The position numbers and the translations under genes are program-made. From Spironucleus salmonicida (lineage: Eukaryota): 64,000 nt of DNA. Below the pieces are notes generated by a model. The model saw only the letters and a program-made list of their open reading frames with translations, made no database searches and was not told the DNA's origin. Each line of letters opens with the position of its first letter. Within the stretch, counting starts at the first letter, position 1. Location: the NCBI RefSeq assembly GCF_000497125.1, contig NC_090597.1:693797-757796 (forward strand), in the 5' to 3' direction. Below, piece by piece: positions 1 through 14,249 of this stretch.

Positions 1-2862
1 CTTCATTTATTTTATCTTTTAAGTGTAATCCTTTCGTTTGATGCTGTCTCTTCCTTTCTTGCATTACTTTATAATACTTATATGTTTGCTTTAATTCCTT
101 TAACCCATGATAGAACACTCCATCCAATTCTAATCCATACATCTTAGTTACTCCCTCCGTTTCATCATGGAATACTATGTCAATATTGTATCTTGTATCT
201 AAGAACCTTTGATTGTATAGTATATTTGTTATCTTGGTAAAGTTGGTTCCTAAAAGTTTATTTATCATTCCACTGTCATTCAAAGTTAGATGTGCTAAGC
301 GATACTCGCATTTCGATTTGCTATGTTTTAGATCTTAATAACCTATTTATATTTTTATATTGCAGTGGTGTGTGAATAGGTTCATTGGCATTGATGGTGC
401 TGTTAAATAGTTGAGGATGTTGACACTCTATTCCTTTAGTGATACCTCTACCCATTTCACTAGAGCTTTGCTTAAAATGAGCTATCTTGAATACAATAAT
501 TAATATACTAATCAATGAAGTCTAAGTGATCATAGTCGTTAGCATATTAATTGAACTCATCCAAGCTTAACTTATCAAAGTGTTTCTGTTATAGAATGCC
601 TTCTTTTACTAATTCACTTATTGATTTAAGACTCCCTCCGTTTTAAATATACAAATCAAATATATCTTTTGTTAAAAACGTGTATGACTATAGTTGTTTT
701 CGAACTTCAAGTCCAAGGGCCAATTCCTTATTTAGTTTAGATAATGGTGAAGTTATGAGTCTAAACGAATCCTTAAACGACATTCCATTTATTTTCAAAT
801 TCAATAGCTTGTTGTTTGTAATCAGTGTTTCGAATTCGAATTGCTCTTTTACTTTCATTATAACTGCTAATAATAAGTAGTTGTCATATCCTGATGCATT
901 GTGTGCATAGAAGTCTTTTATCTTATATTTCTTAGCTATTAGTTCCATGTGCCTTATAAATTTGATTAGCAAATCGTCTGTTGAAGTGATGCAGTTGCCT
1001 GATTCTTTTAATCTAAGTTCGTTACCATAAAAGTGATCCATCTCTTCATATGTGTTTGTTTCCTTATCGTGTATGTTTATAATCCATATTACTAAAAATG
1101 GGATGTGTTTCATTGAATACTTTGAATAGTTATCATCATCTTCATTTAGATTCTCGAATAGGCTTTCTATATCCTGAGTTAGAAATGATTTCTATTCATC
1201 ATAAAGGTTTCCTTGTTTGAAATACTATCCTTCATATTCAATTTACGTTTTACATTTGCGTGATGAGTTGTGTGTCGTATTACAATGACTGCATGGTGAA
1301 AACTTCTCGCATTTCTTTTAATGTCGTTCTAAGCATTTGCTATTGGGTGTGTTATGGAGCTATATTTTACAGTTTTAACATTAATAACTTTTGTTGTCTT
1401 TTGATCTTACATGACTGTAGTTGCAAAACGTACAATAATACTTAGTAGCCACTTCTTCTGCTTGTGTACATTCATAACATTGGTTCTTCTTATGGAAGAG
1501 GTTTTGGTGTTGATAGCAATAAATATATTCCTTGTGCATTGGGTTTATTGTATTTATGCATTGCTTAAAATCCATTATGACATTGTAATGTCCACTGCAT
1601 AAAACTAATAAAAGCTCCATTTCTGAATTTGGATACAAGTCATTTACTTTATTAACTTCTGCTACTCTTATCTTTATATTCAAATATCATTCTGCTCTTA
1701 TTAGTATCTCTATATCTGCTAACTCCTCTGCATGTTTGTTGATTTCATTTATACGCATATGCGTAAAGTAGTATAAGTATTAGTTTCTAGCTTTAGTTTT
1801 GTCTAAGGGCTTATCTAAATACGTTTGTAAAGCCTTACCTGCATCAAATGCTATTGTGGCCATTGTATATGGTCTCGCTCCTAACTAAAAGATATGTTTC
1901 TTATCAACTGTTTTTGATTTCTTGATGAATTCTGCAATGATGGCCGCATATAGACAGTTGTGGTCATTATTTTTGACAAAGAATATAGACCCTTTAAATT
2001 TTTACTCTAGTGTTGCGTTTCCTTAATACCGATGACCTACATTTCTACATATCAATCCTATTTAATAACCTTCATCATATTAAGAATCTACTTCTGATAC
2101 ATAAAACTCATCCTTCTCTTTACATACTTTTTATACTATTTATTCAGAAGAAATGACCTATACGTTTATGACACCAATATTTTAAAAAAGCATTACATCT
2201 GTACTGCTAACATCTCTATTAAAATACTTCTCTCCATTGTCCATTACTTCTTCAAATATTGATTCTAATAGACTTGACATCTAATTTTAAATTATGAATC
2301 CTATAGGAATGATGTTACCGTTTTATTTAATATATCTAATATTTGCAAACGCATATGTGTCTTAATAATTAGACTTGCCGTAATATAGACCCATATAAGG
2401 TGCATCCGTTATGATTTCAAAGTGAATCTTACTGTTAAATTTATTTTAAAAGTCTTCAAAGGAGTTAATGTATTTTAAATCCATCTGATCCAATTTGAAA
2501 TCCCTCCTTATGGTCTCAAGTATGGTATCGTTTTCGTTAGTATATTTATCATAATTAATTTTGAATTCTTCTATTTCTGCTATACTTTGTAACTTTGATA
2601 TCTTATCTATTTCATTATTAAGTTTATTTAACATTCTAGGTTCTAATCCTTTTTGAATTCTTGTTTTACGTTATGATTTCATTTATTCATATTTAATATT
2701 TTAAGCTCTTAGTTAACTAACCTTTTCGGTGTACCATCTTTACTTAATGAATTGGTTGTCGAATCTATATGTTTCGTTTTTAATCTTTTGCATATTGGTT
2801 TTCACTTTATTGTCTAATATATTTATGTAATCGTATGGTCTTTCAAATTAATTATAATCCAT
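1..2862 (-). pseudogene. Polinton/Maverick-type protein-primed DNA polymerase B, left copy (N-terminal and exonuclease part, cut by the window edge)
   Basis: Code 6 gives MDYNQFE..., NNDHNCLYAAII, LCSGHYNVI, CxxC clusters, ExoI DIES, ExoII YAHNASGYD and ExoIII YCIQD. Premature TGA at 1687-1689 (AGG in the right copy). A 1-nt frameshift at ~480 is shared with the right copy. Start codon uncertain. Confidence 0.85.
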
Positions 2863-3697
2863 CTTTTTGAAATTGGTTCTATATATTCGTTGTTTTATTT
2901 CTTTAGCTCTTAGTTCGACCTTCAGATAAGCTATACATAGCTACTTCGTTTAATTTTGTTTATAATGTTTAAAAGTTTTTAAGAATCTTTTTATATTTAT
3001 CCTTTTATGGCTACACATCAACGTCAAGCTTATTTTATACCGATTGTATTGTCTTGTTGAGAATCAAGTTGTGGTTAAGGCTCATTTGTTATAGTTTAAA
3101 AACTGGTATCTTCTATTTGACGTTTATAATTTTGATATATTTGTATCTTTTGATTTTCTTTATTTATTGTATAATATTCTCTATGCTTTGTGTGACCTTT
3201 CCTTTATATTCTCTTCTTTGTTCTGGTCTTTCTAAATGTTTGAAATGTATTTCTTCTCTTTCTATAATTTCTTTTGTCTTGTTGATTTTCTGACTTAACT
3301 TTTGCAATTTTGAAAATGGGTTATACTACTTTCCGGGGTTTAGACTGGGTGCTTACTACTTTATTATTTTTAGATTTGCGTTATTTATTTCGTTTTATAA
3401 AATATTCATATGTTTGAATGATCTTTCGAGTTCATTGTGTTTATCAAAATTAATATTATTGGCGTGTTATTGTGCTTTAATCGATTTGATTTATTTTTTT
3501 TATTATTTTACTATTTTAACTTGATCATTTGATAAATCATCTTTTGCTATTCTATTTATTTTTTAATTAAGAATTTCAGGTTGATGAAGTTATAATTTAT
3601 ATTGATTTGATTTCCTATTTGATAATTATGGGATTTAAAGATTTCTCTTTACAGCATTTATATTCTCTGTAGGGATCCTGTTGTAATTGAATGCCAT
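2843..3697 (-). CDS. Lys/Asn/Gln-rich hypothetical ORF (284 aa) overlapping the start of the pPolB gene; could instead be its frameshifted N-terminus
   Basis: Open in code 6 from ATG 3697 (MAFNYNRIPTENINAVKRNL...) to TGA 2843-2845. No recognisable motif. The right-arm counterpart is frameshifted. Confidence 0.45.
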
Positions 3698-4131
3698 TTT
3701 TGTATATGTAAAAAAAATGTATTTCATAATACAATTTTTTTGGTTACATTCTTTCCATTTTTTGATATATTTATAATATATATATTGGTTTTGGGTTTGG
3801 GCGATGATGATAATTAACTAAAATTGGCGTGTAATTTTGGCCAAAAATTCGGCGCTGGGCGACCAACCCCGCCACCAATCTCTAAAGAGATCGCGGGTTT
3901 GTGCGGGCTACTTGATCATGTAATAATTTTTATAGCAATGTGTTTTTTTTAAATTTCGATTTCCAAATATTGCAGAATTACCATGTTGGATGGGGCTCCA
4001 AACTACTGTTTAATAATCTAAATGTTTTTATCATAAAATTTTAAGAAAAATAGCAGATACGAAGAAACCTGGAGTAGTAAAACTACATATAGTAATTTTT
4101 ATTTTACTAGGTTTTAAATTTATTTGTTACA

Positions 4132-5007
4132 TCACTTCTTTGCTTTCCTTATGATGTAATAAGCTAATCCCCCACCAGCAGCACTTATTACGGCCAAACC
4201 ACCTATTACTATACCAGTTATTGCACCACCACTTAATTTGTTGGCACCAGGAAGTATAGATTAAGATATACATAGTTCACCAAATTTTTCATAGCCTTTA
4301 GCACAGTCTGTGCATTTGTCATCACTAGCCTTGATATATCCAGCTAGACATAAATCGCATCCAGAGTTCTCTTTGTTACAGGTAGCACATCCCTATTAAT
4401 TACTACATGCACATTTCGAAGTCGCGTCGGGCGCACAATCTGTGGCAACACCACCAAGACAATATTTATCCTAAGTAAGATCATTACACTATTTAGTGCA
4501 TTTCCCTTCGATAGTTAAGACATTATTCATACTACTTGGTTCGCATGTGGCGCAAAATTCAGAAGATATGCACAGTGAGCAGTTCAGGGCACAAGGCTTG
4601 CAATACTTAACAGATAAGTCGCAGTATCCTATACCCTTACCTGAACATTATTAATTAGTTTAACAAGCATCTTCACATTTATTGGTACTTTTATTCAATA
4701 TCTTCCCTTTATTGCAAGAAGTACATTTATCTTCAGTAGATTCGCAAGTTTAACAGTCAACAGAGCACGATTCACATTTTCCATTATTATCTAAAAATTA
4801 TTCTTCGGTACACTTAGTACATTTTTCATCTGCACACAACTAACATCCATTTGAAGCAGTGTTATCAATGCAATTACAACTATACGCACCTGACGTAGAA
4901 ATCTAAGTGCATGGTTTGCAATCGGCCTCAGTTTCGTCCGTGGATGGGCAAAAAGTATTAGCTAAACATTTATTACTAGTTACTGTACACTTTCCTGAAT
5001 TTATCAT
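4132..5007 (-). CDS. Cysteine-rich membrane protein, CRMP1-type (291 aa)
   Basis: [21 protein letters not shown]..., many CxxC, C-terminal [31 protein letters not shown] plus tail RKAKK, stop in AGTGA. TAA/TAG read as Gln. Confidence 0.9.
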
Positions 5008-5376
5008 TTAAAAAAAATGATTTCACAATATAAGTTAAACAGTTGTTAGTATATTTTTAGTTTATCTATATATACATTAAAGTAATATATAACTTATGTT
5101 ATATTATCATAAAAACAAAAAATACTATTATTTTCGAGTAATAATGGTTAATTTAAAAACTCTGTAACTTATTGCTACTAAATATTATTTAATATAAGCT
5201 ATATTTTAGAATGTCTAAAATATTTTTATAATTAAAATGGCAAATAAGTATATTTAATACATAGTTATGTTCACTTTTTTAATTTTATAATTCTAATTTT
5301 AACATTTTTATATTTATTGAATATTTATATACTATAACCGTATTGAATTTAACTAAAAAACTATTAATAATAAATA

Positions 5377-6243
5377 TCATTTCCTAACCGTCCTAATGAA
5401 ATAGTAAGTCATCCATCCACCAACTACCACTAAAGCACTGATAACTATGCCGGCAATCGTACCGCCCCCTAGTTTGTTGCTAGATTCGCTGGTAGTAGGT
5501 TTGATGCATTGGCCAGCAAAATGCACATGACCTTATGCGTAGTATGTGCATTTTCTTTCGGACCCATCGCAAAAGTTTTTTGGTAAGTGACACACCCAGT
5601 TTTGTCGGCACTAAAAGTTGCACATCCCAATTAACTGCTACATGTACATTCCGAAGTCGTGTCTGGCGCACAATCCGTGGCAACATCATCAAGAAAATAT
5701 TTATTAGAAGTAAGATCATTACACTATTTAGTGCATTTTCCATCGATAGTTAGAACATTATTGTTATCAGTTGTTCTGCATGCGGCGTAAAATTCAACAG
5801 ATATGCATATTGAGCAGTTAGTGGAGCAAGGCTTGAAATGTTTGGCAGATAGGTCGCAATACCCAAAGATTACACTTTGAGTAATCTTTTAACTCAGAAC
5901 CTGATGTTTAACAATTTTTAGCACTTATATTGAAAACAAAACCCTCTTTGTAGGAGGTATATTGTTTTGCTGCAGAGTAGCAGGTAGCGCAATTTCCATC
6001 AGATACTAAAAATTTTGGATCAGAAGTTAAGAGATTTCCATCTAAGCATTTGGAACATTTATCCGCAGTAGATAATGCACAAGTTGATGTTGGTGCATCT
6101 ACTGCGCAATTACAGCCTTGACCAGAAGATATTTTACCGCCTTCGCATGCAATACAATCTACTACTTCTGTAGCGTTAGCTGGGCAGTAAGTGTTAACAA
6201 TGTATTTATTTTCACTATTTGTGTATTCCCCAGCAAAAATCAT
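5377..6243 (-). pseudogene. Degenerate CRMP1-type gene, tandem paralog of 4132-5007
   Basis: Starts MIFAGEYTNSENK...YCP and ends NKLGGGTIAGIVISALVVVGGWMTYYFIRTVRK*. Many Cys are lost and the CxxC register changes frame near 5870 and again near 5500-5580. Confidence 0.8.
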
Positions 6244-6830
6244 TTTTGAAACAAAGTTGTTTTTAATGTTCTATATTTTCGTAGACAGTGTTACTTTTGT
6301 TAAAATTAACTTCTAAGTGTATGGTATTTACTTGGATGATCTAATTCAAAATTATCATAAACAGATTTGTAGTACATTGGACAAGATAGAAGCGATATTA
6401 AACTTTTACTTCTACCTTGTCATATTTACTACCGTAAATTTTTTTATATAGATATACTTAAATTTGGTATTTTATATATGAACTGAAGAAAGCATATCGT
6501 ACTATAGTATTATTCCAAGTATTGCTGGAGACTCATTGACACCAATCCGACCAATTGGTTTAAGCTTCCATGGTTTAACGAGAATTAGATCTTGCGAGCA
6601 GAAAAGTGAATGCAAATAAATGTGTTAATGCGGTTCTGTACTGGTGTAAATACTCCGCAATAATAATATTAACAACGTTTTCTGATATTAAGCACCAAAC
6701 TAATTATTGATTATACTTTTTCGGTAACCTACGTATGATAAAGATTATTAAATATGGTAAAATAAAATAAATATATACAATACATTTATTATCATTTATT
6801 TTTTTTGCCAATACTTTAGTTGAATCATTA

Positions 6831-8400
6831 TCAGTTAGCTAGATATTTAATTGTTGAGCTTTTAATATGATTAGTTAAAATTGATAGTTGCTTTATCTTG
6901 ATGATACAAATATAAACCACAAAGTCTACAATTAGTCCAACCGTACCTAGCATGCTGATATCTATACTAATATATATCCAATCATCATCTAGTGATCTGT
7001 ACATGGCAAGTACCATATGTAGGAGAATCATTATTTTACATTTAGTGATAACCCTGCAGAAGTAAGTCACCATCAAAATAGAGTAAAAGATCATTTATGG
7101 TTTCAAAAAACACATCGCAATTTCATTATTCTTATTCGCAAATATGAAATACTGACATTCTATCAGAAACCCATAAACACAGTTTTATTCTTCTTGGTTG
7201 GTGACGTACTACTAAACGATTTATAAAAACTAAATAGAAACAATTTATTTTAGGAGAGCTAAACTTCATTGTGTATACGATAATGTTGACTTAAAATAAT
7301 ACTTCCATCGGCAGTCTATATTATCTAAATAACAGGATTGTATCATGATAGTATAATGGTAAGAGGAATAATTTATCAGTTGATTAACAGTGCATGTTCT
7401 ACGTCTTGTTGAGCGAATCATTAGTCGTACCTTAATAGGTATCTGAATCTGCAAGGTGATCCTTCTATAGATAACTAGCTATTCAAAATCACATTAACTA
7501 CTAAAATAGAAACTTAATATAATATAATTAATACGATTTAACATATGTAGATTATCCACAGCTGTCGTAAAGTAAGATATTACCCTGCAACTAACCTTAA
7601 TCATTACACGTTATTATAATATTACTTTACTCAATATTCTTGCCAATTTAATATATTTTTAAGACAATCAAGTATGTCTCAAAAGTAACAATTAATATCA
7701 CATCAAAATCTCTACAATCTGAAAATATGCAATTTTCCATTCCTAAATTGTACTGCAAACTATACAAGATGATTATATCAGACATTCTCCTTGTTTCATG
7801 GCATTTGCACTAAATTTGATTTAACCAGTATAACCCACAAAGATATAGTGAGAATTGCACCGAAAATATCATAACAGCAAATCACTGTGATAGTTCCAAT
7901 TTGTGTAAGTTTGAGCAGATCGGATATATTACAATTTTAGAGGTCGTCATTTCGTAATTTGCAGAATGGGGGATTTGATTATTGGGAATGTAGAGATATA
8001 GTTAAAGGGATAATAAGTTAGTATTGTGATAGTTAAAATGCGATAAACGAGTTTTCTAGGAATATAAAATATAATCAGGTGGCGCTATACGTAATTTTAG
8101 AATATTATAGTATAATATATTTAAATATGGGTATTGCGAATAATTAATTCAATTGTCATTCGCATAGTAGTATTTTATTTCTAGGATTATTAAATATACT
8201 CACAAATATGTTCCGAGTATATTAATATCGCAAAAATGAAATATGTTTGATAACAATATAAGCTGGCCAAGCAGTATTGACAGGTACCTTGCGGAACAGT
8301 AAAAGTTTCATATAGTAATACATCTATATCTATATAAATGCTTGATAATAAGATATCATTTTGCATTAGGCAAGCGAAAGCAAATTTAACTTGAGCGAAG
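6831..8400 (-). pseudogene. Possible decayed type-I membrane protein gene
   Basis: Broken frames ending in a hydrophobic segment plus basic tail (ISMLGTVGLIVDFVVYICIIKIK...). Boundaries uncertain. Mirrored at ~51700-53282. Confidence 0.3.
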
Positions 8401-8864
8401 TCTGTTGGACATTATTTTGTAGCATCATTAACTGGTATATGCATCCGTATGCTGAATCTGTTTTTGTGTTAAATTTGTTAGTAGGACCTTGCCAACCGTA
8501 TTTACTTGCAAGACATCAAGACTTATGGGTAAACTTCGTAATATTACAATAAACAATATTTAATTTATATTTAGTATAATAATTCGAATTAGACATTTTT
8601 GAATACTTACATAATACATTAATATTAACTTATAAAAACAACCAGTAAAATTTTAACAATAACTTTTGTATTAATGTGTTAATAATAATATACTTGAAAT
8701 TTGCATTTCACAAATAATTAGGCTTTGTATATTTATTTATAATTAAATTCACTTTGTGATAATATAAGTATAATGTAAATTATTTAAGTATTGTTAAAAA
8801 CTAGAAACTGCTATCAAATAATACAACATAATTAATAGAATATATGAAATTAAATCTTTATAAA

Positions 8865-11033
8865 ATGGAAGTAGATCCAGGAACCTGTAAGTAAGATAGC
8901 AGTAATTGTGGAGAAGGATATTTTTGCACATACCGTGCTTAAGAATAGAACTCAATAGAAATGCCGTGCGCTAAGTGTAAAGAGACATGCGTGACCTGTG
9001 CAGGTTTAAACGCAAATGTCCACCACTGTACGAGCTGCAAAATGGGAGAATACCTGTCTCACGATAACTATTGTCGCAAATGTCATAAAGATTGCGAGTA
9101 ATGTACTGGTCCTGAGCAATCATGTGATGGATGCAAAGATGGCTTCTAGGACACTCTTGGGGAATGCGAAATTTGTCCAGGTGAGGATGATTAAGAGAAT
9201 GATTGCGTATGCGGTACCTCGAAACACTGTTTAGATTGCAATACATCCAACATGAAATAATGTGCAAGCTGCCAAGAGGGGTACGATATAAATAGCTCAA
9301 CACCATGCAAAGACTGCCTCCCAGGATACGTTTCAATAGCTATTAAGGATGAAAATATCTGTGTTGAGTGTGATAATACCTGCAGAGAGTGCTCAGGCAC
9401 AAAGACCACGTGCACGGCCTGTAACGATGGTTTTATTTTAAGTGGAAATGCCTGCACTAAGTGTTTGGCTGAAACGACTCAGATCTGCCCGTGCGGCAAC
9501 TCCCTCAATTGTACGACATGTAACCTTAATAATACTAATGCGTGCGCTACTTGCAAGGAACATTATGATACAACCGCAAGCCCACCCTGCTCTAAGTGCG
9601 AACCTAAATATTTTGAGCAAAATATTACAAATGGAAAGGAGTGCACCCTTTGCAGAAACTAATGCGAAACTTGCATGGATGTAAACAAATGCCTGACCTG
9701 TAAAAATGGGAGTTTCTTAAAAGAGGGCAAGTGTGAATATTGCTATGGTGCCTAGAATATCTCCTGTACATGCGGGACTGCCAAGAACTGCGGGACCTGC
9801 GATACTAAGAAGCAGACGACATGCCTAACATGCATGCACGGTTTCGACTCAACTAAGGAAGGTGCGTGCGATACCTGCAGCGAGGGATTCTTCAAGAAGG
9901 TTTCTAAGGACAATTTCACATGCGAACCTTGTACTACCGCTAACTGCGCTCAGTGCTCTGAGAAGAAGGAGGAATGTACAAAATGTGTGTATAATATGTA
10001 TTTAAATGAGTAAAAACAGTGTCAGCAGTGTGCCAAAGGAGATGGGATTCCGTGTGATTGCGGTGCCGTCGTTAACTGCGATACTTGCTCAACAATTTAG
10101 CCATCAAAATGCGGAGAGTGCTTCCCTGGCTACGTAATTGACAAGAATGGTTCCTGCACTCTCTGCGCGCTGAATTATGTCAAGATTGGTGATAAGTGCG
10201 TTAAGTGTGGTGTGGACAACTGCCAAACCTGCTCGGCAGACGCAAAAACGTGCGAAAAGTGCAGAAATAATTTCATTCCCAAAGATGGGAAATGCGAACC
10301 CTGCAGCGAGAACGGCCCCCAGTGCCTCTGCGGGACCACGGTGAACTGCAGTACCTGTAAGCTTAGTGATACAATGAAGTGCAAAAGCTGCGTTGAGGGC
10401 TATCAGATTGATAGCAAAGAAACATGCACGAATTGCGCGCTGAATTACGTTAAGATTGGTGATAACTGCGTTAAGTGCTAAGTAGAGAACTGCGCCACCT
10501 GTATGCCGAACGGCACGATGAAATGCCAAACCTGCTTGAAAGGCTATCAGATTGATAACACAGGAACCTGCACGAACTGTGCGGTGGGTTATTAAAAGAA
10601 GAACGAAAAGTGCGAATTCAACTGCGAGTTGGCGGCGAAAGACGGGGAATTTTGCTAGAACGGCCAAGTTATCAAGTGTGGTACAGCTGGATAGACTGTC
10701 GAGTGCACGTGTGGAAATCTTCACAACTGCAAGAACTGCTAGGGGAGCGTTTGCTCCAGCTGCATGACGGGCTATCTTTTGGCTAGCAGTGCCTGCAATG
10801 GATGTGATAAGGGATATGAGCTACAGGATAAAACATGTGTAAAAAGTGCTGAGAACTAGAGTGGGATGCCTATCAGCACGATAGCCGGTATTGTTGGTGG
10901 AATATTGGTCGTAATCGGCGTTGTAAGCGTCGGTTTAGCTGTTTACTTGAAGAAGCAGAAGAAGCAGAAGAAATTTAATAGCATATCGACCTCTGACAAC
11001 AATGTTGAGCCACTTAGTAACGTACTTTGGTGA
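8865..11033 (+). CDS. Large cysteine-rich membrane protein (722 aa), CRMP family with longer cytoplasmic tail
   Basis: MEVDPGTCKQDSSNCGEGYFC..., repeated CxCG...NCxxC modules, TM ISTIAGIVGGILVVIGVVSVGLAVYL, tail KKQKKQKKFNSISTSDNNVEPLSNVLW*. Start, internal fragment 10212 and stop share one frame. Confidence 0.9.
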
Positions 11034-13244
11034 TAGTAACATTTTTTATTATAATTTTTTGCGGCTAACCATTAACTAATTAATAGTATCCACAGAACTT
11101 GTGATTAGCGAGTATAATTCACGGCCGCAATAATTGAATTCAGTCGACGATATTATTTTTAGCAAAATTAGAAAGAAGTGTCTATATAGAGTTATATATT
11201 AAATGTTTGAATATAAATTTAATTAAATATCATTAGACCTTTCAGATCCATCTTCACAATCTGTGAAACTGAGCACTGCCTCATAAAAATACAATATGCA
11301 ACACCCACTCTAGCGAATCTTCACTAAGCTAGTTCTCGTTGATAATAAATATTTACAATTTGTAGTACAGCCCTATTTGATGTAGACTAACTGCAAATTT
11401 CAATACGGTCTCTACTTTGAACACTACAGCTGCTACATAACAAATAGCAATAACATCACATAGTTACCTTCTTGAAAAATAATAGTCATGCTACCCACCA
11501 ATCCATTCTACTAAACTAAAATATGCCACCAAAGTCCCTATTTTTACTGCACAGATCACCTACTATTATTTTATTGAATATATATCTAATATTCTCCAAA
11601 ACTATCACCCCAATCTATAAAAGTAATACAAGCTGAATTTTCGACTTTTTTGAGCCAGCAGACACGAGCAGCGCCTAATTTTATCATTATTATATCACGT
11701 AAAACAGTTAAACTCATTTTAGCATATTCAATAGTTATTTCATTTCCAGCATCATAGTCAACTACAGCACAAAATACTCAATCTTTTCCTTAGTCAAAAT
11801 TTTCAAGTAGAAAGGTCTCCTGGGCTGATTAGCATTTTACTATGTTATTATCACTTGAACACCTTTATAATTCTGCTTAAGTTTTACACGCTTTGTAGGA
11901 ATAGTTACATTTGACGCATTGATTTTTGATCGTGAAATATCAAATTTTGCATTAATAGCACTCGCTATTTATGGTAAATCAGTAAGAACATGCACAGGAG
12001 CCAATTAAAGCGATACTTATTTTTGCATTTTCCGCAGTTTGCTACAATATAGTAACACATGTAATGCGGGATCTTCCAGAATTAATTATAGATTTAGATA
12101 TTATATTCTTCTTTAGCATTATTGGAATTAGTGCTATTGGATGGTGAAATCTCGTAGGTTTAGTTTCAGGATTTTGCTGCGCATGAGCACTAAATTTCGC
12201 GTGTGAAGCTCATCCTGGTGTTCTATAACTAAACTGTTCAGGTTCGGAAAATGGAGGGACTGAAAGTATGGTTATCCTGTGTCGATGCAGTTACCTTGCA
12301 TGCTTTGTTATTCTATTTTAGTCGTAATAGGAAATGGGAACATTTAGCAATTTCTGGATTCAAGTTTTGGAACCAGTATTGTTAATGAGTTGCTTAGATG
12401 CACTAAGTAAACTGATAAAAATTTAAGAATTTCATAGGAGGAGGGCTGTGAATAATCATAAATTTACGGGTAAGAGGACTTCGAAGTTGTAGGTTTTAAG
12501 GTTCATTCGGTAGAGTCAAGAAACTCAGTTTGGTAGGTATAGAAGACGTATGTTGCTGGAAGTGGAATAATAGGATATAGGATATTCTAAAATAGGTAAG
12601 AGTCTTGCTAGGGTGCTGGCAGGATGGAAGTGGGTTTGCATTCTATGTGATTGTGCTGGCCATGCACAGGATGGTTTAATACATTTTGCTTAGTATAAGA
12701 ATCAAATTTTATTAGGTGTCCTGGTAATGCTCACTAAATATTAGGAATGATATTCAAAGCTATTTCATTCTATATTTGATATTAGTTAATACTAGAGATA
12801 CTTCATGCAAATGATAATTTAATATTAATTATATATTATATTAAAATAACTTATTTGTTAATTTAGAAGAGAATGAAATCTACCTAATAGTATAGCTACC
12901 TAAAAGGAATAGTATCCATTAAGCAGTGAATATCAATAATGAAATTTCATGTCATTTAAAATAATTCAGCAACATAGAAATAATACATATTGCTTAATGG
13001 TATTTGCAGTCTCAATATCGTTTTATTAAAGCTTCGTAAACCATTTCTAGCTGAGTTTTGAAATTTTATTTAGAAAAATACCTTTACTTAAGCTAATAAT
13101 CAATAATATCAAATTCAGTCTATATCTAGGATAATTTAAATTAATAATGGTAACAATGATAGAATTGATTTCTGAAAAATCAATTAATAAATTTCACATA
13201 TTCTGAAGACACTAGAATATTAATGTGAAAAATGAAAATACTTT

Positions 13245-14249
13245 TCACTTCTTGGCTCTCTTGATGAAGTAATACGCCAGACCACCGCCGACGCCACCTG
13301 CTACCACTAAAACAGCAATCACAATTCCAGTCACCGCGCCGCCTGAGAGGTTCCCAGATTCCTTTCTGGGGGCGAAGCAGAAGGCTCCAGTCTGTTCAGC
13401 CCCATCATCGCAATTTTTACATTCATCAGCCTCTAGCTTGTATCCAGGCAGACAGGAGGTGCACTTTTTGTTATCTGAGTTACAGGTGAGACAATTTTTA
13501 GCATTTGTACACTTACACTCCGTTATCTTGGCTTCATTTCCGCAGGTTATACCAGTGGTACCAACGCATGCTTATCCTTCTGATAAAGCTGGGCTGCAAT
13601 CAGCCTAACATGTTTAGTTGATCGTCATCTGGTGACCAGCCTAACACGTATCGCACAAATCAACGCCCTATGAGCACGTAGCACAACTATCGCTGCATTT
13701 TGTGCAAACTGAATTGACCATCATATAGCCATCAATGCAGGCATTGCATACATCACCGTTTTTCTTATAGCCAATAATACAGGTTTCACATTTAGATGCA
13801 TCACCAGAATTGCAGTTGGCGCAGTTGAGAGCCACACCACACTCGCATTCTTCTGTTGTATTTGCAGCGCAAGTACTACATTTACCATCTTTTAAGAAGA
13901 AATTGCTTTTACATATTTAGCATACTTCTTTGTTTCCCGCGCAGTTCTCACAATTCTCTGGGCAGGCCAAGCAGGTGGTTCCGGAAAGCAGATTTCCTGA
14001 TTTACACTCGCTGCACTCAGTAGTAATATTAGCACATTTAGTACATTTAACGTCACATTCTGTGCACGAATTAGAGCTGAAAAACTTACCGTCGGCGCAG
14101 GTCAGGCAGGCACTTGCAGCAGCTGCTGAGCAGGTTGCACATGTATTATCACACGCCGTACAATCAGTTGCATCTTCAGGGACATTAGCAGGACAGAAAA
14201 ATCCATCTTTGCAAGTGTTCTTGTCGGCAGAAGTACATTTGTTATCCAT
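13245..14249 (-). CDS. Cysteine-rich membrane protein, CRMP1-type (334 aa)
   Basis: MDNKCTSADKNTCKDGFFCP..., CxxC repeats, [31 protein letters not shown], tail KRAKK, AGTGA stop. Confidence 0.93.

Noticed and set aside
3788-3802. ttttgggtttggg as an interstitial telomere
   Set aside because: Only about two imperfect units; too short to call.
8865-11033. Apparent nonsense-riddled pseudogenes among the Cys-rich ORFs
   Set aside because: The interruptions are TAA/TAG (Gln); the frames are intact to TGA under code 6.
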